From: an uncultured delta proteobacterium | GTDB lineage: Bacteria > Desulfobacterota > Desulfuromonadia > Geobacterales > DSM-12255 | Assembly (NCBI GenBank): GCA_963787125.1 | Contig: CAWBBV010000012.1 | Span: forward strand, 96,001-160,000 | DNA length: 64,000 bases | Direction of reading: 5' to 3' | Shown: positions 31,022-40,887 of the stretch, in pieces | Layout of the letters: each line of letters begins with the position of its first letter | Position numbering within the stretch: position 1 is the first letter of the stretch | The notes under the pieces: generated by a model | What the model was told of the DNA's origin: nothing | The model's input: only the letters and a program-made list of their open reading frames with translations | Database searches by the model: none | Translations under genes and position numbers: made by a program

Positions 31022-32005
31022 ATGAAAAAAATCCTGGTTACAGGCGGTTGCGGGTATATTGGCAGCCATGTTGTGCGACAGCTTTTTGAAGCCGGTTATG
31101 AGGTCGTTGTTTACGACAATCTTTCTACCGGCTTTGCAGATGCACTGATCCATGGCGAGAAACTGATCGTGGGTGATCTTGCCGACACCGTAGCCCTGGA
31201 TGCAGTTTTCAGCGAATATAAATTCAAGACCGTCCTCCATTTTGCTGCGGCAATCGTTGCCCCGGAGTCGGTTTCACTGCCACTTAAATATTATGCCAAC
31301 AATACCAGAAATACCCTGAATCTGCTCCAGGCTTGTGTTCAGCATGGGGTGGAAAAATTTGTTTTCTCCAGTACAGCCGCTGTTTACGGGTTGCCAGAGG
31401 GTGGCTATGCCTCTGAAATCAGCCCTACCAGTCCGATTAATCCCTATGGAACTTCAAAACTTATGAGTGAGTGGATGCTGCGTGATGTTGCCGCGGCCCA
31501 TCAACTGAAGTATGTTGCCCTGCGTTACTTTAATGTTGCTGGAGCAGACCCCCAGGTCAGAATGGGCCAGCGAACTCCTGAGGCGACCCATCTTATCAAG
31601 GTCTCCTGCCAGGCTGCCCTCGGAATGAGGGCGTCGGTTTCCATATACGGCACAGATTATGATACTGCAGATGGTACGGGGATCAGAGATTACATTCATA
31701 TTGAAGATCTTGCTTCTGCCCATTTGTCAGCGCTCGCCTATCTGGAGCATGGTGGCGATTCGACCGTTGTTAATGTGGGGTACGGCAGCGGTTCCACTGT
31801 TCGTGAAGTGATTGATCTGGTGAAAAGCATCAGCGGTGTCGATTTCAAGGTTATCGAAGATGTCCGCAGACCGGGTGACCCGGCAATGCTGGTTGCTGTT
31901 GCAGATAAAGGCCGGACACTGCTTGGCTGCAGTTACCGCTACAACAGTCTCGAAACAATAATCAGGGATGCCTGGCAATGGGAACAAAAGCTCAATAAGC
32001 AGTAA
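31022..32005 (+). CDS. galE: UDP-glucose 4-epimerase
   Basis: GGCGYIGSH, FSSTAA, YGTSK, LRYFNVAGA, RDYIH. Confidence 0.94.
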   Translation: MKKILVTGGCGYIGSHVVRQLFEAGYEVVVYDNLSTGFADALIHGEKLIVGDLADTVALDAVFSEYKFKTVLHFAAAIVAPESVSLPLKYYANNTRNTLNLLQACVQHGVEKFVFSSTAAVYGLPEGGYASEISPTSPINPYGTSKLMSEWMLRDVAAAHQLKYVALRYFNVAGADPQVRMGQRTPEATHLIKVSCQAALGMRASVSIYGTDYDTADGTGIRDYIHIEDLASAHLSALAYLEHGGDSTVVNVGYGSGSTVREVIDLVKSISGVDFKVIEDVRRPGDPAMLVAVADKGRTLLGCSYRYNSLETIIRDAWQWEQKLNKQ

Positions 32006-32016
32006 GGGAGAATTTG

Positions 32017-32895
32017 ATGTTAAAAAGCATGACCGGTTACGGCAAGGCTGAAGCAGTGACAGAAGATGGAAAACTTTCCGTTGAGATACGCTCGGTGAAT
32101 CATCGTTATGGTGAAATAGCCGTTAAAATGCCCAGGCAGCTGCTTGCCCTTGAAGGGGAGATAAAAAAACGGGTTTCTGACCGTTTCAAAAGAGGTAAAA
32201 TTGATCTGTTTCTGATTTTCGAGGCTCCCACCGGTGGGGCTAACCTGCCACAAGCAAATCTGGCTGTTGCAAAAGCCTATCATGATGCCTTTTTAGCCAT
32301 TAATCACCACCTTGGGATATATGAACCGATTCCTGTTGCAGCTATTCTTTCCCAGAAAGATGTGCTCTCTTCGTCGGAAGTTACCGCTGATCTGGAGCGC
32401 ATCTCAGAATCTCTTTTCCAGACGCTTTCCGTAGCAATGGATAGTTTTGAAAAAATGCGCATCATGGAGGGGGAGGCTCTTTCAACGGAAGTTGCCGGCA
32501 GGATCGCAGCCGTGGGCACCCTTGTTGAAAGCATTGCAGAGCGGGCTCCGCAGGCAGTGGCTGCAAATATCGACCGCCTTAAGGAGAGAGTTGCCAAACT
32601 GTTGGGTGATACGCAGCTTGATGAAGCCCGGCTTGTCCAGGAAGTTGTCCTTCTGGCCGATCGTATGGAGGTAACTGAGGAGTTGGTGCGCCTCAGAAGT
32701 CACTTCAGGCAGTTTGACTCGCTTATGGATCTGGCTGAACCGGTTGGCCGCAAGCTTGATTTTCTTCTGCAGGAGATGAACCGTGAAGTGAATACCATCG
32801 GCTCAAAAGCAAATGATGCCACCATTGCCGCAATAGTTGTGGAGCTTAAATCCGAGATGGAAAAAGTGCGGGAGCAGATTCAGAATATCGAATAG
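32017..32895 (+). CDS. yicC: YicC/YloC family protein
   Basis: SMTGYG, SVNHRY, GRKLDFLLQEMNREVNTIGSK, REQIQNIE. Confidence 0.95.
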   Translation: MLKSMTGYGKAEAVTEDGKLSVEIRSVNHRYGEIAVKMPRQLLALEGEIKKRVSDRFKRGKIDLFLIFEAPTGGANLPQANLAVAKAYHDAFLAINHHLGIYEPIPVAAILSQKDVLSSSEVTADLERISESLFQTLSVAMDSFEKMRIMEGEALSTEVAGRIAAVGTLVESIAERAPQAVAANIDRLKERVAKLLGDTQLDEARLVQEVVLLADRMEVTEELVRLRSHFRQFDSLMDLAEPVGRKLDFLLQEMNREVNTIGSKANDATIAAIVVELKSEMEKVREQIQNIE

Positions 32896-32916
32896 AGGAT
32901 AAGGAGGGTAAGGAAA

Positions 32917-33552
32917 GTGGAACCGTCTACAGGCGATAATCCGATCCGAAAAGGTATTTTATACGTAATATCAGCTCCGTCCGGTGCAGGTAAGAGCACA
33001 CTCTGCAGGGAACTTCTTGACATTTTTCCGGAACTGCGGCACTCTGTCAGCTTCACAACTCGGCCTCCCCGCAATGGAGAGGTTGAAGGTCGAGACTATC
33101 ACTTTGTCTCCAGTGAAGAGTTTCACCGGATGATTGGCGCTGGTGAGTTTGCAGAGTGGGCTGAGGTTCATGGCAACCTCTACGGTACTGCACTCGAGAC
33201 ACTTAATCAATCCCGTGATGATGGTATTGACCTGATACTTGACATAGACTGTCAAGGTGCAGCGCAGTTGAAGGAGAAGCAGGTTATCGGTGTTCATATT
33301 TTTATCCTGCCACCAAGCTATCCCGAACTGAGACGTAGATTAGAGGGTAGAGATTCTGACTCCTCTGCAGTGATCGAAAGGCGGCTTGCAAATGCCGCGG
33401 ATGAGATCAGGCAGGCAGGGACGTACGACTACATAGTAGTAAATGACATCTTCAGCCGGGCAGTGGAAGAATTAAAGTCGATTATCATTGCCGAGCGTCA
33501 CAGGGCCGGTTTTGTACTGGATAAGTTGAATAAGAAGTTCAATATTCACTAA
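32917..33552 (+). CDS. gmk: Guanylate kinase
   Basis: [21 protein letters not shown]. Confidence 0.96.
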   Translation: MEPSTGDNPIRKGILYVISAPSGAGKSTLCRELLDIFPELRHSVSFTTRPPRNGEVEGRDYHFVSSEEFHRMIGAGEFAEWAEVHGNLYGTALETLNQSRDDGIDLILDIDCQGAAQLKEKQVIGVHIFILPPSYPELRRRLEGRDSDSSAVIERRLANAADEIRQAGTYDYIVVNDIFSRAVEELKSIIIAERHRAGFVLDKLNKKFNIH

Positions 33553-33581
33553 AAGATACATGTGTCGAGAGTGTATCTTTT
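33551..33581 (+). other. AT-rich inverted repeat between gmk and rpoZ (hairpin or protein-binding site)
   Basis: AAAAGATACA-N11-TGTATCTTTT. Confidence 0.5.
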
Positions 33582-33595
33582 TAAGGGGAATTCAT

Positions 33596-33808
33596 ATGGC
33601 ACGTGTAACTGTTGAAGATTGTCTGGAGCATGTTGAAAACCGTTTCCTGCTGGTAATGCTTGCAGCCAAAAGGGTCAAGCAGCATTACAAGGGTGCTCGC
33701 CCGCTGATTGAAAACAAGGGTGAGAATAAGAACGTCGTCCTCTCTTTGCGTGAAATAGCAGCCGGCAAGGTGAAGTATGAATATTCCGGTCGCCGTGGAC
33801 CGAAGTAG
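33596..33808 (+). CDS. rpoZ: RNA polymerase omega subunit
   Basis: [31 protein letters not shown] before ATG 33596. Confidence 0.95.
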   Translation: MARVTVEDCLEHVENRFLLVMLAAKRVKQHYKGARPLIENKGENKNVVLSLREIAAGKVKYEYSGRRGPK

Positions 33809-33846
33809 CTCCTGGTAACGCCAACCTGACTTTTTTGTTACGCCAG

Positions 33847-33877
33847 AGGCGACGGTATTAATCGTCGCCTTTCTTTT
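33847..33877 (+). terminator. Intrinsic terminator-like hairpin between rpoZ and relA/spoT
   Basis: AGGCGACG-N8-CGTCGCCT followed by TTCTTTT. Confidence 0.65.
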
Positions 33878-33891
33878 ACTTTGAGTGATAA

Positions 33892-36042
33892 ATGATCAGA
33901 CTTAACGACATACTTAGCAAGGTATCTGCGTACAATCCCGCAGCTGATCTCGATCTTATCCGTAAAGCCTACGTTTACTGTGCCAAGGTTCATCAGGGAC
34001 AGACTCGGCTTTCCGGTGAGCCTTATCTTGTCCACCCGATGGAGGTCTCGGCAATACTTGCTGATCTCCGGCTCGATGTGGCGTCTGTGGTAACCGGTCT
34101 TCTCCATGATACCGTTGAGGATACCCTGGCAACATTGGAAGAGCTTTCCGAAATGTTTGGTGATGAGGTCTCAAGCCTGGTAAATGGAGTTACCAAAATC
34201 GGTAAAATTCATTTCAAGACCAAAGAGGAGAGTCAGGCGGAGAATTTCCGCAAAATGCTTCTCGCCATGTCGGACGATATCAGGGTCATCCTTATCAAAC
34301 TTGCTGATCGACTCCATAACATGCGTACTCTCGAGTATCAACCTGAAGTCAAGCAGCGCCTCATTGCCACAGAGACTCTTGATATATATGCGCCTATTGC
34401 CCATCGTCTCGGTATTCAGTGGATCAAAAGCGAACTTGAGGATCTTTCCTTCAAATATCTTGACCCGCAGGTTTATGAAGATCTCTCCTCAAAGGTGAGT
34501 ACCAAGAAAAAAGAGCGCGAAGCCTACATTACTGATGTAATGAAAATAATCACCAACAAGCTTGAAGAACATCAGATCAGGGGCGAGGTTTCGGGGCGGA
34601 GCAAGCATCTTTACTCGATATATCGCAAGATGGTCAAGCGGAATGTCGATATAGACGAAATTTACGATCTTGTTGCTATCAGGGTTCAGGTTGATGATAT
34701 TCGCGCCTGCTATGAACTGCTAGGTATCGTTCACTCCACATGGAAACCGATTCCCGGGCGGTTTAAAGACTATATCGCCATGCCGAAAGGGAATATGTAC
34801 CAGTCTCTGCATACAACTGTTATCGGCCCGACCGGCGAGCGAATGGAAGTGCAGATACGAACTGATGAAATGCACCGTATTGCTGAAGCAGGGATTGCCG
34901 CTCACTGGAAATACAAAGAGGGTAAAGGCTACGACGAACGGGAAGTGAAGCGCTTTGCCTGGCTCAGGCAGCTGCTGGAATGGCAGCAGGAGTTGCAGGA
35001 TTCGCGCGAATTTATGGACAGCGTCAAGGTAGATCTTTTTCCAGAAGAGGTTTATGTCTTCACCCCCAAAGGCGATGTAAAGTCTTTCCCCAAAGGATCG
35101 ACACCCATAGACTTTGCCTACAGTGTCCATAGTGATGTCGGCCACAGATGTGTCGGCGCAAAAATAAACGGCAAACTTGTACCGCTCAAGCATGAACTCA
35201 GTAACGGTGATATCGTCGAAGTTATTACCTCGCCGCACCATACGCCGAGCAAGGACTGGTTGAAAATTGTCAGAAGCTCACGGGCTCGAAACAGGATACG
35301 GACCTGGATAAAAACCGAAGAGCGCAAACGAAGTATCACTCTCGGACGGGAAATCTGCGAAAAAGAGCTGCGCAGGTATTCACTCAACTTTGCAAAACTA
35401 TCCAAAATAGGTGATGTCAAGCGCGCTGCAGTCGAATTCGGGCTTAACAGTGAAGATGATCTGCTAGCGGCGATCGGTTATGGAAAGCTTTCTGTCGTGC
35501 AACTGGCAGGCAAGCTGTCTCCTGGCGAAAAAATTGAACATCATGCAGACAAGCCCCAATCAAGAGTTGGAAAAATAATTGATAAGCTCAAAGGCAAGTC
35601 GTCCAGCGCCATTCAGATTGGCGGCATCAATGATGTCATGGTCAGATTCGGTAAATGTTGCAATCCTCTCCCGGGCGACGAAATCGTCGGCTTCATTACC
35701 AGGGGCAGAGGGGTGACCGTTCACTCCTCAGACTGCTCGCTTGCACTTGGAAGCGATCCTGAAAGGCGCGTCGAAATTGTCTGGACCAGGGACAAGAAAT
35801 CAGCTCTTCCGGTGAAAATCAGGGTTACCTGTCATGATCAGAAAGGGATCCTTGCCAACATCAGTCAGGCAATATCCAATTGTGAAGCGAATATAATCAG
35901 TGCCCATATTCAGAGCACGGTTGACAGAATGGGGGTCAATATTTTTGAGGTTGAAGTGACAGACCTGGAGCATTTGCGGCGGGTGATGAATGCAATTCAA
36001 AAACTTGCCGGGGTGAACCATGTTGAGAGGCTAAGAGGTTGA
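33892..36042 (+). CDS. relA: Bifunctional (p)ppGpp synthetase/hydrolase (RelA/SpoT)
   Basis: HD (LLHDTVED), synthetase (YQSLHT, EVQIRT), TGS, CC and ACT domains. Confidence 0.95.
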   Translation: MIRLNDILSKVSAYNPAADLDLIRKAYVYCAKVHQGQTRLSGEPYLVHPMEVSAILADLRLDVASVVTGLLHDTVEDTLATLEELSEMFGDEVSSLVNGVTKIGKIHFKTKEESQAENFRKMLLAMSDDIRVILIKLADRLHNMRTLEYQPEVKQRLIATETLDIYAPIAHRLGIQWIKSELEDLSFKYLDPQVYEDLSSKVSTKKKEREAYITDVMKIITNKLEEHQIRGEVSGRSKHLYSIYRKMVKRNVDIDEIYDLVAIRVQVDDIRACYELLGIVHSTWKPIPGRFKDYIAMPKGNMYQSLHTTVIGPTGERMEVQIRTDEMHRIAEAGIAAHWKYKEGKGYDEREVKRFAWLRQLLEWQQELQDSREFMDSVKVDLFPEEVYVFTPKGDVKSFPKGSTPIDFAYSVHSDVGHRCVGAKINGKLVPLKHELSNGDIVEVITSPHHTPSKDWLKIVRSSRARNRIRTWIKTEERKRSITLGREICEKELRRYSLNFAKLSKIGDVKRAAVEFGLNSEDDLLAAIGYGKLSVVQLAGKLSPGEKIEHHADKPQSRVGKIIDKLKGKSSSAIQIGGINDVMVRFGKCCNPLPGDEIVGFITRGRGVTVHSSDCSLALGSDPERRVEIVWTRDKKSALPVKIRVTCHDQKGILANISQAISNCEANIISAHIQSTVDRMGVNIFEVEVTDLEHLRRVMNAIQKLAGVNHVERLRG

Positions 36043-36054
36043 CAGGGAGGCTTC

Positions 36055-36438
36055 ATGAGTAAAGTAATCATCCGCACGGAAAAAGCACCAACAGCAATCG
36101 GGCCGTACTCCCAAGGGGTCAAGGCAAACGGATTTATTTTTTTCTCGGGACAGATTCCGCTGGAACCATCGACCGGAGAGGTTGTGTTGGGAGACATCTC
36201 AATTCAGACTGAACTGGTTATGAAAAATATCGAAGCGTTGCTGACGGTGACCGGAATAGGCTTCCAGGATGTGGTCAAGACGACAATTTTCCTGACAAAT
36301 CTGGCTGATTTTGGCGTAGTAAACGAGATTTACGGCAGACGCTTTCTTGAGAACCCCCCGGCACGCTCAACTGTTGAGGTGAAAGCACTGCCGAAGGGTG
36401 TTGCTGTCGAGATAGAGGTCATTGCAGTTGAGCGCTAG
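36055..36438 (+). CDS. ridA: RidA (YjgF/YER057c) family deaminase
   Basis: AIGPYSQ, SGQIP, PPARS, VEIE. Confidence 0.93.
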   Translation: MSKVIIRTEKAPTAIGPYSQGVKANGFIFFSGQIPLEPSTGEVVLGDISIQTELVMKNIEALLTVTGIGFQDVVKTTIFLTNLADFGVVNEIYGRRFLENPPARSTVEVKALPKGVAVEIEVIAVER

Positions 36439-36455
36439 CACTAGTCACACTGCAG

Positions 36456-36491
36456 ACAAAAGAAAGCCGCAATCGGGAAGAATTGCGGCTT
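36456..36491 (-). terminator. Terminator hairpin between convergent ridA and rpmB
   Basis: AAGCCGCAAT-N8-ATTGCGGCTT, with a U-rich tail on the minus strand. Confidence 0.75.
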
Positions 36492-36516
36492 GATTGATTC
36501 TCTGCCCTTGAAAGTT

Positions 36517-36708
36517 TCAGAGAGCCTTGATGACGTGACCGGAGCGAATGCAGCGAGTGCACACCTTAATGCTTCTGACGGTGCCCTGACGGACTGCCTT
36601 AACTTTCTGCAGGTTTGGATGCCAGGTGCGACGTGTCTTGTTGTTTGCGTGGCTGACATTGTTTCCGAAACTCGGACCTTTTCCACAGATTTCACATATT
36701 TTGGACAT
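36517..36708 (-). CDS. rpmB: 50S ribosomal protein L28 (Cys-containing type)
   Basis: CEICGK...[17 protein letters not shown]...CTRC. Confidence 0.97.
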   Translation of the reverse strand: MSKICEICGKGPSFGNNVSHANNKTRRTWHPNLQKVKAVRQGTVRSIKVCTRCIRSGHVIKAL

Positions 36709-36805
36709 TAACCTTACCCCCTGATTTACTGAAGCATTAGTTAATATCAGGACTACCCTAAAAATTCAACTGTTTTTTTATAATAACTGTAAAAAAGGGG
36801 CTTCA

Positions 36806-37408
36806 TTGCTGACGCTTTTAAAGGGACTTATTTCGCTGCTGGTACTTTTGTGTCTGCTTGTTTCAGTGCTGTTTGTTGATTTTGTCTATAAAACATTCTC
36901 TTTCAGAACAAGAGACATGAATCCTGACGCTGTTGTCGTTCTTGCCGGTGGCAGAGGCAGGGTCGAGGAGGGTGTCAGACTTTATCGGGAAGGTAAAGGC
37001 GAGCGTCTTTTCTTGATCGGGGTAGATCCATCAGTCAGAAAAAGTGATCTGTTTAAAGAGGAAAGCGGCAAACGCAATGGTGACCAGGTTTATCTTGAGA
37101 AGGCATCACGCAACACCCTTGAGAATGCCATATTCGCCAGAGAATTGATTGTTAAGGAGAATGTCAGGTCAATGCAGTTGATCACCTCCCGCTATCATAT
37201 GAAGCGATCCCTGCTTATTTTTAGAAATATTCTACCCAAGGATATCGCTATCTATCCACATCCGGTAACGAATAAAAGTTCGACAGATCCCTGGTGGAGT
37301 AACAGCGGTAGCATGCGGCTGTTATTCTCTGAGTTCTACAAATATTGCTTGTACCGTACTATCTTTCTCTTCTCGCAAGGAGAGTTGCGGCAGTATCAAA
37401 AGAATTAG
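36806..37408 (+). CDS. YdcF/DUF218 family protein
   Basis: VVLAGG, SRNTLENA, ITSRYHMKRS, EFYK. Confidence 0.9.
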   Translation: MLTLLKGLISLLVLLCLLVSVLFVDFVYKTFSFRTRDMNPDAVVVLAGGRGRVEEGVRLYREGKGERLFLIGVDPSVRKSDLFKEESGKRNGDQVYLEKASRNTLENAIFARELIVKENVRSMQLITSRYHMKRSLLIFRNILPKDIAIYPHPVTNKSSTDPWWSNSGSMRLLFSEFYKYCLYRTIFLFSQGELRQYQKN

Positions 37409-37569
37409 GAGTCTGTCAGACTTAGAATAAATCTGCTGCAAATTCGTCTGAACGGTCCATATTTATCCGCTTTCTTGGTCAAGAGAACGACTATTGACCT
37501 TCAAAATCGACTAAATCTGTCCTCGTCCGGCCGAATTTTCGCTTTGATTTCCTAAGTCCGACAGACTCC
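37408..37569. mobile_element. 162-bp MITE-like element, copy 1
   Basis: Terminal inverted repeats GGAGTCTGTCAGACTTAG...CTAAGTCCGACAGACTCC; gapless inverted homologue at 47625-47786. Confidence 0.85.
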
Positions 37570-37584
37570 GCGGAGGAATAACTC

Positions 37585-38391
37585 ATGGCTGACGTTTATG
37601 CCACAATAGCCGGAGCGGATCCTGAGATACAGCAACGACTGGCCGTTGTTCTGGAGCGGCGGGCAGCTGATGTACAGCAGCAGGCGATGCTCAGGGCCTA
37701 TCTGGCTGAAGTTGAGTTCCCTGCAGATGGCGCCGTCCTCGATGTCGGTTGCGGTACAGGTGCTGTCAGCAGATTTCTGGCCCGGTTGCCTGGCATCGGC
37801 AGAGTCGTCGGTGTTGACCCTTCCCCTGTTTTTATAGCCACAGCAAGGGAACTTGCAGCCAATGAAGCGAATCTCTCCTTTATCGAGGCAGACGGGCGCA
37901 CGCTCCCCTTTGAGAGTGGCTCCTTTCAGGTAGTGATTTTTCATACGACATTAAGCCATATCCCCGGTCCGGAGAAAGCTCTGGCCGAGGCTTTTCGCCT
38001 CTTGACGCCGGACGGAAAACTAGTGATATTTGACGGCAACTACACGACAACATCACTGGCAAGCGGCGATCACGATCCGCTGCAGGCCTGTGCCGACGCA
38101 GCCATGGCGGCACTGGTGCATGACCGCTGGCTGATACCACGATTGCCGACGCTCTTGCTTTCTGCCGGTTTCAAGGTTCTGAGTCAACGCAGTTTCGGTT
38201 TCATTGAAACCATCGCTCCTGATTACATGCTCTCCATCGCGGATCGTGGCGCGGACTCTCTGGCCGCCACAGACCTTATCGGCGCAGAGTTGGCGATAGC
38301 ATTAAAAGCTGAAGCCAGACGGCGCGTGACAGTTGGTAAATTCTTTGGCCACATCGCCTATGCGAGCGTGGTAGCCGGCAAAGCTGATTAG
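37585..38391 (+). CDS. Class I SAM-dependent methyltransferase (UbiE/COQ5-like)
   Basis: VLDVGCGTG, GVDPS, ADGRTLPF, RLLTPDG. Confidence 0.88.
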   Translation: MADVYATIAGADPEIQQRLAVVLERRAADVQQQAMLRAYLAEVEFPADGAVLDVGCGTGAVSRFLARLPGIGRVVGVDPSPVFIATARELAANEANLSFIEADGRTLPFESGSFQVVIFHTTLSHIPGPEKALAEAFRLLTPDGKLVIFDGNYTTTSLASGDHDPLQACADAAMAALVHDRWLIPRLPTLLLSAGFKVLSQRSFGFIETIAPDYMLSIADRGADSLAATDLIGAELAIALKAEARRRVTVGKFFGHIAYASVVAGKAD

Positions 38392-38406
38392 CGCCCTGGT
38401 GCAAGT

Positions 38407-38940
38407 GTGATTAGCTATGCTCTTTTTACAGATGTAAGCGTCAATCCCCAAAAGCGACTTGGTGTCGGCGCCTGCCTGCTGTTGCCACTGCAGCTCCTTG
38501 ATGCCGGTGAAATCGACCGGCCGGGACTCGCCGGCAGCTGCTTTTACAAACGCTTTACCGACACTTCGTCCACCTTGCTGGAGTTACAGACGGTTTTGTG
38601 GGGATTGGAGCTGTATCGACAGAAAATTCCCGCAGCGGTCCGTGGCGGGCTGATGCTGTATACCGACTCTCAATGTATTGCCGAATTGCCCAGGCGCAGG
38701 GAGCGACTGGAAGAGAGTGCATACTGTTCCAGGGCTTCCGGGCGGCTTCTTGTCAATGCGTTGCTTTATCAGCAAATCTACGCAGCCAGCGATGAGCTTG
38801 GCTTCCTGGTCACCAAGGTGGCAGGTCACTCCCGTTCTGCAACCCATGATAATCTTCAGCAGTTATTTTCGGTTGTCGACCGTGGCGCCCGGCGCGAGTT
38901 GAAGCTCTGGTTGTCCGGGTCTCCTCTCCCCAACTACTAA
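38407..38940 (+). CDS. Ribonuclease H-like protein
   Basis: FTDVS, LELQ, YTDSQ, VAGHS, VDR match RNase HI catalytic D/E/D/H/D. Confidence 0.82.
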   Translation: MISYALFTDVSVNPQKRLGVGACLLLPLQLLDAGEIDRPGLAGSCFYKRFTDTSSTLLELQTVLWGLELYRQKIPAAVRGGLMLYTDSQCIAELPRRRERLEESAYCSRASGRLLVNALLYQQIYAASDELGFLVTKVAGHSRSATHDNLQQLFSVVDRGARRELKLWLSGSPLPNY

Positions 38941-38961
38941 AGACAAAGGCTTCACTCCTTC

Positions 38962-40779
38962 ATGCTTATAATCGTCGAATCGCCCACCAAAGCGAAAAAA
39001 ATACAGTCAATCCTCAAAGTCAAAGTCATGTCCACTGTAGGTCACTTCAAAGATCTTCCTGATGCCCGGATAGGCGTTGATCTGGCAACCTATGAACCGA
39101 CCTTCGTCTATCATGAAAAAAAGGCGCATCTGCCTAAAGAGCTACGGGCAGCGGCCCGGGGCGAGACAGTCATGCTTGCTGGTGACCCGGACCGGGAAGG
39201 GTATGCCATCAGCTGTCATATTTATGAAGAGGTGAAAGAGGTCGCCAAAGAGTGTCTGCGGATGGAGATTTTTGAGGTTACGGAAAAAGGGCTGAAGGAT
39301 TCCCTTGCCAGGGCAGTTCCGTTCGAAAAGACCAACCGTGGCCTCTACAACGCCTTTTTGGGGCGCAGGATCGGCGATCGTCTGGTTGGCTATATCCTTT
39401 CGCCCATCGCCAGCAAGAGTCTGCGCAGTAGTTATAGTGTGGGTCGTGTCCAGTCGCCGGCTGTCCGCCTGGTTGTTGACCGGGAGCGGGAGATTCGCGC
39501 CTTCACCTCAGCACTCTACTGGATGCTGGATATCCAGCTGGACAAGGAGGGAACGACCTTCCTGGCAAGGCATATGAGCGGCAAATTTGCCCTGAAGGCG
39601 GACGCCGAAAAAATCATCGCCGCTGTCAGCGAGCAGACCCATGTCCTGGCGGAAAAAGTTGAAAAAAAAGAGGTCAGGCAGTCGTCTAAACCGCCGTTTA
39701 CGACAGTTGACCTGCAGGCAGCTGCCGCAGCCAGGCTGAAGTTCACCCCGGAACAGACCATGAAACTGGCCCAGGCGCTGTTTGACCAAGGGATCATCAC
39801 TTATCACCGTACCGATTCAGTGCGAATGGATGACGCCTTTGTTACGGAGATTCGCGACTTTCTCGGGAAAACCCTTGGCGGCGATTATCTCCCATTAAAA
39901 CCGAACCAGCATAAATCTAAGAATTCCCAGGCTGAAGCCCACGAAGGGATCCGTCCCACCCACATGCACTCCCTTGCCGACATTCCGGCCATGATCAGGA
40001 AAGAAGGGTTGACGCCCGACCATGCCCGGCTCTACGAGATGATCTTCAAACGGGCCATCGCCAGCCAGATGGCCGCGGCCCGCTATGATTCCACTGTCAT
40101 GATTTTTACGGTCGCCGGAGAAAAGTTCAAGGCTGCCGGGCGGGTACTGATCCTTGATGGTTTCCTTCAGGTTTACGCCGAGGTTGACGAGGAGAGCGAC
40201 AAGAAGGGGGAGGAAGACAAGCTGCAGCTGCTTCCGCCGGTTGAGGTCGGTGAGCTGGTGCCGAAGGTGGCGGAAACCCTTGAAGAAAAGAAGAGCAAGC
40301 CGCCAGGGAGGTTTACCCTCGGTTCCCTGGTAAAGGAGTTGGAGCGGCTGGATATAGGCCGGCCGTCCACCTATGCCGCCATCACCAAGAACATTACCGC
40401 CCGAGGGTACGTTAAGGAAGAGAAGGGGAGGGTGATGCCGTTGCCATCGGGGGAGACCCTGATTGATTTCTTAAGGGAAAAACACCCCTGGGTGATCAAC
40501 TATGAGCTGACCAGCAAGATGGAAAACTTTCTCGATCTGGTGGTAGAGAACAAGGAGAGCTGGCAGCGCTTCTGCAAAGGGGTGCACAACAAGATGGGAT
40601 TCTTCATCCCGCCGGTACGGGTGGAAGGTGGTGGTCCAAGCGAAGCGCAGCTTAAATACGCCCAGAGTCTTGCCAGGAAAACCAGCAGCGTCATCCCGGA
40701 AGAAACCTTGAAGAGCGGCAAGGCTCTTTCCCTCTGGATTGAAGCTGTTGTCGGTTTGAAGTCGCAGCCGGCAGACTGA
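38962..40779 (+). CDS. Type IA DNA topoisomerase (short, no Zn ribbons)
   Basis: IVESPTKAK, DPDREG, SVGRVQS, ITYHRTDS, QAEAHEGIRPT, IGRPSTYA. Confidence 0.93.
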   Translation: MLIIVESPTKAKKIQSILKVKVMSTVGHFKDLPDARIGVDLATYEPTFVYHEKKAHLPKELRAAARGETVMLAGDPDREGYAISCHIYEEVKEVAKECLRMEIFEVTEKGLKDSLARAVPFEKTNRGLYNAFLGRRIGDRLVGYILSPIASKSLRSSYSVGRVQSPAVRLVVDREREIRAFTSALYWMLDIQLDKEGTTFLARHMSGKFALKADAEKIIAAVSEQTHVLAEKVEKKEVRQSSKPPFTTVDLQAAAAARLKFTPEQTMKLAQALFDQGIITYHRTDSVRMDDAFVTEIRDFLGKTLGGDYLPLKPNQHKSKNSQAEAHEGIRPTHMHSLADIPAMIRKEGLTPDHARLYEMIFKRAIASQMAAARYDSTVMIFTVAGEKFKAAGRVLILDGFLQVYAEVDEESDKKGEEDKLQLLPPVEVGELVPKVAETLEEKKSKPPGRFTLGSLVKELERLDIGRPSTYAAITKNITARGYVKEEKGRVMPLPSGETLIDFLREKHPWVINYELTSKMENFLDLVVENKESWQRFCKGVHNKMGFFIPPVRVEGGGPSEAQLKYAQSLARKTSSVIPEETLKSGKALSLWIEAVVGLKSQPAD

Positions 40780-40878
40780 ATTTTATAAACTTCGCACTAA
40801 TATCCAGTATCGAAACTCAGGGTTGAAAGAGTGATTTTGTTATCGTAGTAACCCTGTGACTGAATATAATTACTGGTA

Positions 40879-40887
40879 TGCTATAAT
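40879..40887 (+). promoter_or_regulatory. Extended -10 promoter element upstream of TPR gene
   Basis: TGCTATAAT, 144 nt before ATG 41032. Confidence 0.45.
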
